Source: an uncultured Alphaproteobacteria bacterium (GTDB lineage: Bacteria; Pseudomonadota; Alphaproteobacteria; CAAHEQ01; UBA3637). Taken from it: a stretch of DNA of 64,000 nucleotides. Made by a program: the position numbers and the translations under genes. The notes beneath the pieces are model-generated. The model ran no database searches. It was not told where the DNA came from and was given only the letters and a program-made list of their open reading frames with translations. The DNA lies in assembly GCA_949292205.1 (NCBI GenBank), contig CASEYR010000002.1:34777-98776 (forward strand), read 5' to 3'. Below, piece by piece: positions 10,132 through 18,916 of the stretch (its first letter is position 1; every line of letters begins with the position of its first letter).

Positions 10132-11666
10132 TACTTTTTCCCCTTCAAGACATCAGCCAAAACCATATACAAGCGACCGGCATCCGAACCGATTAAAATA
10201 CTCATCAACAATTTACTGTCATCTCCTTTACCGGCAGCCTGAGTCATTGTTTCAAAAGCGCGCATATATTTATCAACAGAGGAATGAAAATCCGTATCTT
10301 TTTTATATAGCTCTTTCATTTTTCTGGATTGCCCGCCACTCAACTCTGTTTTAATGTGCCGCATAAAGACAGCTTTATCTCCGGCATAGTAACGCTCCCA
10401 TAACCCTTCTTCTGCTTTAGGACTAAACAGGTGAGCCATATCAACCGAAAGCTCTTGTAACTGATCCAAAATACCGGAAGCCTCTTTCAACAAATCATCG
10501 GTTCGCACGGCTTGAACAAGGGGTACAGAAATCATTTCCCGATTAGCCGCTTCAATTTGACGCACGACAGTAGCCGATTCGGACTTAAAGGAATCCAAAG
10601 CTTGATCCAAAGAAGCAGTTTTTTGTCCGAAAGCAGAGCCCGCTTCTTCCAATCGTCTGGCAGCCGAATCCGCAACTTTAAATAATTGAGCGGCATTTTC
10701 TTTTAAAGTTGACTCCATAACACCTAACCGATTAGCTGTTTTAGCGACTTCTTGCTCCAGCATATCACCATGAGCCCGAAAAACTGACAGTACTTTTTCT
10801 AAATTACCAAACAATCGAGCATTTTGTTGTCGGGCTGATGATTCATAGGCTTCAATAGAAGCCTCAATCTTACTAGTGTTTCGCTCTAACGACTTAATCA
10901 CATCTGCCGCCTGAATTAAGGCTTCATCAGCATGACGATTACTTTCCTCCATTGTTGCCGTAACCGTCTGCATTTCGGTTGCGTTACTATGAAGCGTTTG
11001 ACTTAAGTCCGCCGTTGCCTGAACGGTTCCGGTTGTAACCCGCTCGAGGATAGCGGCTTGTTCTGAAAACAAATGCGAGGCTTGCTGAGCCTGTTTATTA
11101 GCGACCTCGGTTGCATCGGCAAGCGTTTGAATGTGAGTTGCAATTTCCTTAACAGAATCAATTGTTTGTGTATCAACATGGTTAATGATGGTGCTTAAAT
11201 CCTGAATCCAATGTTTCAAGTCATCTCGGACAGCTTGTGTTTGATCATTAACTTCCTTAAAAACGGTTCTGAATTCACGAATTTGAGTCCGCAAAGCATC
11301 TGTCAGCGTTTTCGTATAAATAGCACCCTCTTCCGTTGGATAAACCAGCTCATTCAAATAAGCGCGCAACGTTTTCGCCTCATACGCTAACCGTTCGGAT
11401 CGATCAAAATAAGCACACACCAACCAAACGATAAGCATTGGCAAACATAATCCGCCCAATCCCCCGATTAACTCGGCAGGAGATAACTCGGAACGATCTG
11501 CCCACCAACCTGAAACCATTAAATAGTGAATGACAAAACCCAACCAAATAACACTGAATAAGCAAGAAATTAAGATGCCTTTCTTGTGCCACCAAACACG
11601 GGCAACAGGACGCTCCTCTTCCTCAAAAAACATTGGGCTATTATTTTCATCTTCTTTCTTCACCAT
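10131..11666 (-). CDS. TipN-like polar coiled-coil membrane protein
   Basis: Two N-terminal TM helices, long coiled coil, C-terminal LWERYYAGDKAVFMRH..VDKYMRAFE..GSDAGRLYMVLA domain resembling alphaproteobacterial TipN/GPR-type pole proteins. Confidence 0.65.
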   Translation of the reverse strand: MVKKEDENNSPMFFEEEERPVARVWWHKKGILISCLFSVIWLGFVIHYLMVSGWWADRSELSPAELIGGLGGLCLPMLIVWLVCAYFDRSERLAYEAKTLRAYLNELVYPTEEGAIYTKTLTDALRTQIREFRTVFKEVNDQTQAVRDDLKHWIQDLSTIINHVDTQTIDSVKEIATHIQTLADATEVANKQAQQASHLFSEQAAILERVTTGTVQATADLSQTLHSNATEMQTVTATMEESNRHADEALIQAADVIKSLERNTSKIEASIEAYESSARQQNARLFGNLEKVLSVFRAHGDMLEQEVAKTANRLGVMESTLKENAAQLFKVADSAARRLEEAGSAFGQKTASLDQALDSFKSESATVVRQIEAANREMISVPLVQAVRTDDLLKEASGILDQLQELSVDMAHLFSPKAEEGLWERYYAGDKAVFMRHIKTELSGGQSRKMKELYKKDTDFHSSVDKYMRAFETMTQAAGKGDDSKLLMSILIGSDAGRLYMVLADVLKGKK

Positions 11667-11820
11667 TTTGCCTCCTCTTGATTTTTCTTTATTTTATGTT
11701 GTCTGTTTCTAAAAAGCAACAAAAAAAATAAACACACCGTAATTACATTTTAATCCTTATATCTCAACAAAGAGATACATTGTAATTATTTTATTGTCAT
11801 AAGAAACGAAAAAGCCTTAT

Positions 11821-12555
11821 TTATAACTCGTTAACCAGCATTCTCGGATTAGCCGATATCCGACCATGAGCACTAAATGAATACGTTTTATGTCCCGAAC
11901 CGATAATCAAGTGGTCAATCAACTTGATACCATTTGCCGTCAACGCCTTAAAGAGTTCGGCCGTCATATTAAAGTCCGCTAAAGAAGGCTCTGTATTTCC
12001 CGACGGATGATTGTGGGCTATGATAACGTGACTTGCTCCCAATAACAAAGCGCGACGTAAAACCTCATCCGGATATAAACAAACACGGTCTTTTGTCCCG
12101 GTCTGCGGAATCTCTCGCCGAATTAAGCGAAGTTGTTTATTTAAATACAAAACCATAAACCGCTCAATCCGTTCATCTTGCAAACATAAACAACAATAGT
12201 CAACAACTTTTGCCCAACTGTCCAAAACGGGATTTTCTTTTAAATGGCTATCCAATATCCGCTGATTCGCTTCCAAAATAATCTTAAACAGAGCTATCGT
12301 CGAATCACTGACTCCTTTAAACTGACGCAGCTCTTCACTTTCCGCTTTCAAGACTTTTGATAATGACCCAAAATGATACAGCAATGTTTTTGCCAGTGGT
12401 TTAACATCTCGTCTGGGAATTGCTTTCATCAATATCAATTCCAAAAATTCATAATCCTGTAAATAAGAGCTGTCCGGCGTATCTAAAAATCGTTTCTGAA
12501 CGCGAGCTCGATGACCTTTATTATCTAAACTGTTTAAAGGATTAAATGCTGTCAT
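11821..12555 (-). CDS. radC: RadC (JAB domain) family protein
   Basis: GHRARV, DYEFLEL, IPRRDVKPLAK, AHNHPSG..PS.AD, IDHLII. Confidence 0.95.
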   Translation of the reverse strand: MTAFNPLNSLDNKGHRARVQKRFLDTPDSSYLQDYEFLELILMKAIPRRDVKPLAKTLLYHFGSLSKVLKAESEELRQFKGVSDSTIALFKIILEANQRILDSHLKENPVLDSWAKVVDYCCLCLQDERIERFMVLYLNKQLRLIRREIPQTGTKDRVCLYPDEVLRRALLLGASHVIIAHNHPSGNTEPSLADFNMTAELFKALTANGIKLIDHLIIGSGHKTYSFSAHGRISANPRMLVNEL

Positions 12556-13352
12556 TTCTTTTCATACGGCGGTAATGTATATCCTGCCGGAGACAATGTA
12601 AAAATCTCGTATCCATCAGGAGTTATACCAATCATATGCTCAAATTGTGCCGATAAAGTCCGATCTTTTGTGATAACAGTCCATCCGTCAGAAAGCGTCA
12701 AGGTATCCGATCCCCCGACATTAACCATCGGTTCAACCGTAAACACAAGCCCCGGAACAAGTTCAATGCCACTCCCCGGCAATCCATAGTTCAACACATT
12801 CGGCAGTCCGTGATAAACCCGACCGATACCGTGTCCGCAATAGTCCGTTACAACAGAGTATCCCTTGGCTGCGGCTGTTTTTTCCATAGCATGGCCCAAA
12901 TCACCCAGAGTCGCCCCCGGTTTTGCCGTTCGAATTCCAGCCATCATGGTATTATAAGTTGTTTCAACCAAGCGTTTTGCTTTCACCGACGGTTTTCCAA
13001 CGTAATACATCCGAGATGTATCCCCATACCACCCGTCTAAAATAACCGTGATATCAATGTTAATGATATCCCCTTCTTGCAATACCTTGTGTTCGGACGG
13101 AATGCCATGACACACAACATGGTTCGGAGAAATACAACTTGCTTTCGGAAATCCATGATATCCAATATTTGCAGGAATACCGCCACCGGTGCGCATAAAT
13201 GCCTCCAACAAATCATCCAAATAAGCCGTTGTCACCCCTGGTTTTACAAAATCAGTAATATAATCAAGTGTTTCAGCTGCCAACCGACCGGCTTTTCTTA
13301 ATCCATCAAAGTCCGTCAGCGGATAAATCGTCAAGTCTTTTTTATTTTTCAT
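12552..13352 (-). CDS. map: Type I methionine aminopeptidase
   Basis: CISPNHVVCHGIP, NIDIT..GDTSR, CGHGIG, FTVEPM, SAQFEH. Confidence 0.97.
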   Translation of the reverse strand: MKNKKDLTIYPLTDFDGLRKAGRLAAETLDYITDFVKPGVTTAYLDDLLEAFMRTGGGIPANIGYHGFPKASCISPNHVVCHGIPSEHKVLQEGDIINIDITVILDGWYGDTSRMYYVGKPSVKAKRLVETTYNTMMAGIRTAKPGATLGDLGHAMEKTAAAKGYSVVTDYCGHGIGRVYHGLPNVLNYGLPGSGIELVPGLVFTVEPMVNVGGSDTLTLSDGWTVITKDRTLSAQFEHMIGITPDGYEIFTLSPAGYTLPPYEKK

Positions 13353-13443
13353 ATTGTCATATTATCCCATTTGAATAAAAATTACTAGCTTTTTTTCATT
13401 AAGCACGCTAAAATAACCGCATTACAAAAAGGAGATTTACGCC

Positions 13444-13536
13444 ATGATGTCCCGAATGGAACATATTTTAATCATGCTGACAATTTTCGGATTCATTGCT
13501 TATTATTTGTTAAAAAACTCACCGCTTGTAAATTAA
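13444..13536 (+). CDS. 30-aa single-TM small protein
   Basis: AAGGAG RBS then MMSRMEHILIMLTIFGFIAYYLLKNSPLVN*; below the ORF-track cutoff. Confidence 0.5.
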   Translation: MMSRMEHILIMLTIFGFIAYYLLKNSPLVN

Positions 13537-13559
13537 TGAAAAGCAATCAAAGAAAAATC

Positions 13560-14273
13560 TCAATCACGTGAAAACATTGCCTCTCTAAATGGTTTCAACG
13601 TCATCAGATAATCTTCCATAGCAATACGGTTTCTTTCTGTTTTAACGCTGTATCCGACTTTAGAAATATCATTTGAAATGGTCCACACATCCATTTTACC
13701 CTTTTTTTCCGCCTCAAAAACACCATTTTGAAGGGACATCATTTGATCGGCAGAGTTTTCAATAACATTATCTCTGACATTCATTTGATACAAAACCATT
13801 TTTTGGAATGAATCCATCAAACTGCTCTTAACACTTTCAAGGTGTTACAACAAAAGAGGAGACACATGATCTTTAGAAAACTCGCCACAAAATCTATCAC
13901 CCAAAACATTTTTACCATTTTCAAAGATACCGGCATTAAGTGATGACTTTAAATGTAATTTTTTTGCAATTTCATTATACCTATTGTCATAAGAACGGGC
14001 ATCATAAGATATTGTTCCATCCATCGCACTAAAGCCATATGCAATATAACCATGTGTTTTTTTATCTTCCGTATAGATACTCAATCTATCCCTTTGACGA
14101 CTATTTGGATATTGAGGATCTCGCTCAACAGAAAAGATGTAAAAATCTGTACCCGTTACAGGATCTTTCGGACCATAAAAGGATAGTTCATACCCACTTT
14201 CTGTTCGACGATAAGTCGGAAAATTATCTTTTCTTTGGTTTTTTTGAAAGAATGACAATAATCCCATATTCAA
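13560..14273 (-). pseudogene. Hypothetical gene interrupted by an in-frame TAA
   Basis: ORFs 13845-14273 and 13560-13820 are in the same frame, separated by TAA (13845-13847) plus 8 sense codons; AGGAG RBS only before the first. Confidence 0.6.
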
Positions 14274-14333
14274 TTCTCCTTGATATACTATTTCCAGTAT
14301 ACCATAAAATCAATCAAAAGAAAAGAAGTGTTT

Positions 14334-15209
14334 TTAAATAACAAACTTTTGAGCACCGGCCTTAATCAATTTGCTCATTTTTTCAAAAGCCTTTGTTTCA
14401 ATTTGGCGAACCCGCTCTCGACTAATGCCAAATCGAGCCCCCAACGCCTCAAGCGTTTCGGGGCTATCTGTCAAAAACCTCTTTTTAACAATTTCCTGCT
14501 CTCTATCCGATAAAGCCAATAAAGCTTCCTCTAATAATTTTTTCTTAATTATCAAGTCTTGATATTCACCCAACTGTTCCTCAGCCGAATCACGATCGTC
14601 AATTAACATATCTTGATAATTCGTTGAAGAATCAGAAGATAGTGTTGTATTCAAAGATGAATCTCCACTTAACCTCTGCTCCATTTCCAAAACATCTTTT
14701 TTGGAAACCCCCAGTATTTTTGAAATTTTATCAGCCGTTTCTTCATTTAAAGCTGTTTCGTCATACAACCCCAGACGAGATTTGATTTTATGTAGATTGT
14801 AGAATAAACGTTTTTGAGTCGCAACCGTTCCGATTTTAACCAGCGACCACGATTTCAAGATAAACTCGGAAACCGAAGCCTTAATCCACCAAATTGCGTA
14901 TGTTGCCAAGCGAAAGCCCTTATCAGGATCAAACTTTTTAATAGCTTGCATCAATCCGATATTAGCTTCTGATATTAAATCAGCCAAAGCCAAACCATAA
15001 TGTCTGAATGACAAAGCCACTTTCGCCGCCAATCGCAAATGGGACGTTGTTAATTCATGAGCCGCCGCCAAATCACCGGTTTCATGATAGCGTTTTGCCA
15101 ACATATATTCTTGATCGGCCCCCAACATTGGAAACTTGTTAATTTCAGATAAATATAAAGAAAGAGAGTTCTGAGAATAAAGTAAACTTAAGGCATTTAT
15201 TTGTGTCAT
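14334..15209 (-). CDS. rpoH: RNA polymerase sigma-32
   Basis: DLISEANIGLMQAIKKFDPDKGFRLATYAIWWI plus RpoH box WSLVKIGTVATQKRLFYNL. Confidence 0.95.
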   Translation of the reverse strand: MTQINALSLLYSQNSLSLYLSEINKFPMLGADQEYMLAKRYHETGDLAAAHELTTSHLRLAAKVALSFRHYGLALADLISEANIGLMQAIKKFDPDKGFRLATYAIWWIKASVSEFILKSWSLVKIGTVATQKRLFYNLHKIKSRLGLYDETALNEETADKISKILGVSKKDVLEMEQRLSGDSSLNTTLSSDSSTNYQDMLIDDRDSAEEQLGEYQDLIIKKKLLEEALLALSDREQEIVKKRFLTDSPETLEALGARFGISRERVRQIETKAFEKMSKLIKAGAQKFVI

Positions 15210-15471
15210 TGTATATCCTTTTCAAAAGCAATATAACCACATTCCCTCTCACCGAGACAGGAATCCATGACCGTCCATTCCTGTGGACTAATCATTTCTA
15301 CTGTATCAAAAAGCACATCTTTTTGTCAAGAGGCAAAGCTCATTTTTTTATATATCTCCCTCATTTTTTTCTAAAATAGATGATTTTTTCTTTTTTATGA
15401 ATAAGTTCTTGCACCGATTTGGCTTTTTTGGTATGATAACGCTAATCAGATTGGAAAGGATTAAAGAAATT

Positions 15472-17163
15472 ATGAAAAAACAGTTAATTACCAGTGCATT
15501 ACCGTATGTGAACGGACTACCTCATTTAGGTCATTTAGTCGGTTGTCTTTTACCGGCAGATATTTGCGCCCGTTTTCAACGCCAAATGGGTCGAGAAACT
15601 CTTTTCATCTGCGGAACGGATGAACATGGAACGGTTTCGGAGGTCGGGGCTGCTCAAGAAAATATGCCGGTAGATGAATACTGTCAAAAATATCATAATC
15701 GCCACGTTGACTTATATAAACGGTTTAACCTGTCTTTTGACTTTTTCGGTCGCACCAGTTCTGACCAAAACAAGGAAATTACATATCGTATTTTCCACAA
15801 ATTAGATGAAAATGGATTTATTGAAGAAAAAACAACAAAACAAGTCTACTCGCCGGATGATGACCGTTATTTGCCGGATAGCTATGTTATGGGAACGTGT
15901 CCATACTGCGGATATGATCGTGCCAAAGGAGATCAATGTGAACGATGCACAAAGATATTGGATCCGACGGATTTGATTAACCCACGCAGTGTTTTATCCG
16001 GCAGTTCTAATATTGAGATTCGGGAAACAAAGCACTTGTTTTTAAATTTGCCGAAAATGGAGGAGGAACTATCTAACTGGATTGAAACCAAGAAAGGTAT
16101 CTGGCCGGATATTGCTTATTCTATTGCTAAAAAATGGTTGAAAGAGGGATTACGAGAGCGGGGAATTACTCGGGATTTAAAATGGGGATTTACCGTTCCA
16201 AAGGCCGGTTTTGAGGATAAAGTCTTTTATGTCTGGTTTGATGCACCAATCGGATATATCGGTATCACTAAAGAATGGTCCGATGCTGTTTCGGGACGTC
16301 GCTGGGAGGATTGGTGGCTAAATCCGGATAATGTTACTCATATCGAGTTTATGGGAAAGGACAACATTCCGTTCCATACGATTTCATTCCCTGCAACACT
16401 CCGCGGAACGCGTGAGGGGTGGACAGAAGTCAGCTTTTTAAAAGGCATGAACTATTTAAATTTCGCCGGCGGAAAGTTTTCAAAGTCAGCTCATAGAGGT
16501 ATCTTTATGGATGATGCTCTGGCTGAGTTTCCGGTAGATTATTGGCGTTACTGGCTGATTGCCAACGCTCCGGAATCTGATGATTCATCGTTTACATTTG
16601 ATCATTTTACGGCAACGGTCAATAAAGACTTGAACGATGTTCTGGGTAATTTTATCAATCGTGTTCTGAAAATGACCTCAAATAACTTCGGAACGATTAT
16701 TCCGCCGATGGGACCGATAACGGATGCCGAAAAAGATCTGTATACATCTTTAGATAAACTTATTGCCGATTATACGCAATATATGGAAAAACTAGAGTTC
16801 CGAAAAGCTATGGCTACTTTGCGTGAAATTTGGGTTAGCGGAAACAACTATATTGCCAAAACAGAACCTTGGAAAGTGGTAAAAGTGGATAAAGCGTATG
16901 CCGGAACGATTTTAAATACAGCCTTTAATTTAATCCGTTTGTTTGCTCAAATGGCGGCCGCTGTCATGCCGGAAACAGCAGAAAAAATGTTAGCGATTAT
17001 CGGCGAAAAACCGGAATTCAGTTGGCCTACCGAAAAAATGGAGACCTATCTTAAAACACTTCCGGACAATCGATCTTTTACCATGAGTGATCCTTTATTT
17101 CAAAAAATCATGCCCGATAGGCTAGAAGATTTAAAGCAAAAATATAAAGAGTCGGAGTCTTAA
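15472..17163 (+). CDS. metG: Methionine-tRNA ligase
   Basis: ITSALPYVNG..HLGH, GTDEHG, CPYC..CERC knuckle, YVWFDA, KFSKS; start chosen at MKKQLIT after AAGGA. Confidence 0.96.
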   Translation: MKKQLITSALPYVNGLPHLGHLVGCLLPADICARFQRQMGRETLFICGTDEHGTVSEVGAAQENMPVDEYCQKYHNRHVDLYKRFNLSFDFFGRTSSDQNKEITYRIFHKLDENGFIEEKTTKQVYSPDDDRYLPDSYVMGTCPYCGYDRAKGDQCERCTKILDPTDLINPRSVLSGSSNIEIRETKHLFLNLPKMEEELSNWIETKKGIWPDIAYSIAKKWLKEGLRERGITRDLKWGFTVPKAGFEDKVFYVWFDAPIGYIGITKEWSDAVSGRRWEDWWLNPDNVTHIEFMGKDNIPFHTISFPATLRGTREGWTEVSFLKGMNYLNFAGGKFSKSAHRGIFMDDALAEFPVDYWRYWLIANAPESDDSSFTFDHFTATVNKDLNDVLGNFINRVLKMTSNNFGTIIPPMGPITDAEKDLYTSLDKLIADYTQYMEKLEFRKAMATLREIWVSGNNYIAKTEPWKVVKVDKAYAGTILNTAFNLIRLFAQMAAAVMPETAEKMLAIIGEKPEFSWPTEKMETYLKTLPDNRSFTMSDPLFQKIMPDRLEDLKQKYKESES

Positions 17164-17164
17164 T

Positions 17165-18280
17165 ATGCCACAAAGAGCAACGCGTCGTAGTTTGAATAAT
17201 CTTTTGTTTTCCTTGTTTTGGTGGATGATTCAAAAAATATCACCTAAACAAGGGGATACGTTGCTCTATTGGGGATTACGTTCCGGTGCATTTCCCAGCA
17301 AGGTTCGTCTTGATCCGATATTGGGAATTGACCTTTTCGGAAACCATTTTAATACTCCGATTGGCATTGGATCCGGCTTTGACAGAAAAGGAAATGTTAT
17401 TGATGATTTGATTTTTATGGGAGCGGGCTTCGGCGAGTTCGGTCCTTATACATTAGACTATGAACATCCGACAACGGAAACGTTTTTTCTCAAAAAAGAT
17501 CAAGCTATCGTTACCCAAAGTTTAGGTTTTAAAAACCCAGGGCTTTTAAAGATGATTCCCGTTTTTGTGAATCGACGCTATTTACCTAATTTTGTCGGTA
17601 TCAACTTGACAATCACAGCCGCCAGCGAGGGTGAAAATATCAAATTAGGACATCATATGACCTATGATGCAGAATTTGATTTGATGACTCGTAAAATTGC
17701 ACCCTACTGCGATTATATAACACTGGATTTTTCTCATCCAGAGATAGAGCTATCTTCTTTAGTATCTGACGCGTCCGCAATTGTTCCTTTGATAAAACAT
17801 ATTCAAAAAGCTCTGTCCGAAGCGGCTCCGATTCAAACGCCAAAGCTGTTGATTAAATTACCTCTGGATATGACACCGCTTGAGCTACCTTTGGTTTGTC
17901 AGAATATGGTAACGGCAAATGTCGATGGTATTATTGTCGGCGGACCCCTTTCTCTTTTTCATACAAAAGTTCATTTAAGCAAACCAATTAAAATGGGTAT
18001 GATAACAGGAAAACCTGTTCAAAAATATGTCACCGAAACCGTTGCAAAAGTTCGTCAATTTACAAAAGGGAAAATTCCGATTATTGCCTGCGGAGGCGTT
18101 TTTTCCGGACAAGATGCTTACAATAACATTGCAGCCGGAGCTTCGTTAATTCAACTGGGAACAGTCATTCGCTTTGAAGGCCCCGGCGTCATTACACGCA
18201 TTAACCGAGAACTAGCCACTATTCTACGTTCTAAAGGGTTTAAATCCGTTAAAGAAGCTATCGGGGCCGATTTTATTTAG
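17165..18280 (+). CDS. Class 2 dihydroorotate dehydrogenase homolog with degenerate active site
   Basis: NTPIGIGSGFD, GINL, IKLPLD, IIACGGV.SGQDAY..I.AGASLIQL, EGPG follow PyrD, but NxSSPNT reads DFSHPEI. Confidence 0.75.
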   Translation: MPQRATRRSLNNLLFSLFWWMIQKISPKQGDTLLYWGLRSGAFPSKVRLDPILGIDLFGNHFNTPIGIGSGFDRKGNVIDDLIFMGAGFGEFGPYTLDYEHPTTETFFLKKDQAIVTQSLGFKNPGLLKMIPVFVNRRYLPNFVGINLTITAASEGENIKLGHHMTYDAEFDLMTRKIAPYCDYITLDFSHPEIELSSLVSDASAIVPLIKHIQKALSEAAPIQTPKLLIKLPLDMTPLELPLVCQNMVTANVDGIIVGGPLSLFHTKVHLSKPIKMGMITGKPVQKYVTETVAKVRQFTKGKIPIIACGGVFSGQDAYNNIAAGASLIQLGTVIRFEGPGVITRINRELATILRSKGFKSVKEAIGADFI

Positions 18281-18342
18281 ATTTATACACATTGAATTGT
18301 TGTCAGAAGTGCATACTCAACATATTCCCACATTCAAAACCT

Positions 18343-18372
18343 AAAAAACACCTGATTAACGGGTGTCTTTTT
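18343..18372. terminator. Probable bidirectional terminator between pyrD-like gene and tRNA-Ser
   Basis: AAAACACCTG-attaa-CGGGTGTCTTTT with A/T tracts on both sides. Confidence 0.6.
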
Positions 18373-18373
18373 A

Positions 18374-18462
18374 TGGCGGAGAGTATAGGACTCGAACCTA
18401 TGCATCCCTATAACAGGATGACGGATTAGCAATCCGCTGCATTACCACTCTGCCAACTCTCC
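18374..18462 (-). tRNA. tRNA-Ser(GCT)
   Basis: GGAGAGTTGGCAGAGTGGTAATGCAGCGGATT-GCT-AATCCG, long variable arm, GGTTCGAGTCC, CCA end. Confidence 0.96.
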
Positions 18463-18519
18463 AGCAGAATATGTTTGGCATTGTATCAGCACTTCTTTTA
18501 AAAGTCAACTGTTTTTATA

Positions 18520-18735
18520 CTAGCGACACTTGAAAGTTTTACCGTTCGGATCAGACATGCTGATAATACCGCCTTTTTTATCCAAATGAAAAACAAATCC
18601 CCCTGCATCAATCATCTGGACACGTCGACCATGACTATCTGTTTTCCAAATCAGATTTTCTACTGAAAAAGTCGTCCTCATTCCGTCTGAAAAAGGTAAA
18701 TAAGTCCTATTTTTCTTGTTTAACTTATTTTTCAT
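18520..18735 (-). CDS. Hypothetical protein (71 aa)
   Basis: Strong GGAGG RBS; fills the gap between tRNA-Ser and acd. Confidence 0.55.
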   Translation of the reverse strand: MKNKLNKKNRTYLPFSDGMRTTFSVENLIWKTDSHGRRVQMIDAGGFVFHLDKKGGIISMSDPNGKTFKCR

Positions 18736-18916
18736 TTACCCCTCCCCCATCTTTATCACTTTACCAAATCAAAAACATTTATTCAATCTAACCCTTGGTT
18801 GATTTTTTTGATACTCTAAAAACAAAGAAAAGAACTGAAATATCGGTTGACAATTGACTAGTGGTTTCGTATAATCCGCCCGAGAAAGTAACCCCTCTGA
18901 ATGAAAGGAAAATAAT

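Noticed and set aside
13845-13847. Stop-codon reassignment
   Set aside because: TAA, TAG and TGA all terminate conserved genes at expected positions elsewhere in the window
6687-15248. 13-bp match ACCACATTCCCTC between the HIT 3' hairpin (6687-6699) and the rpoH leader (15236-15248), suggesting sRNA pairing
   Set aside because: A 13-mer match is expected by chance in 64 kb, and most of the first copy is sequestered in a stem
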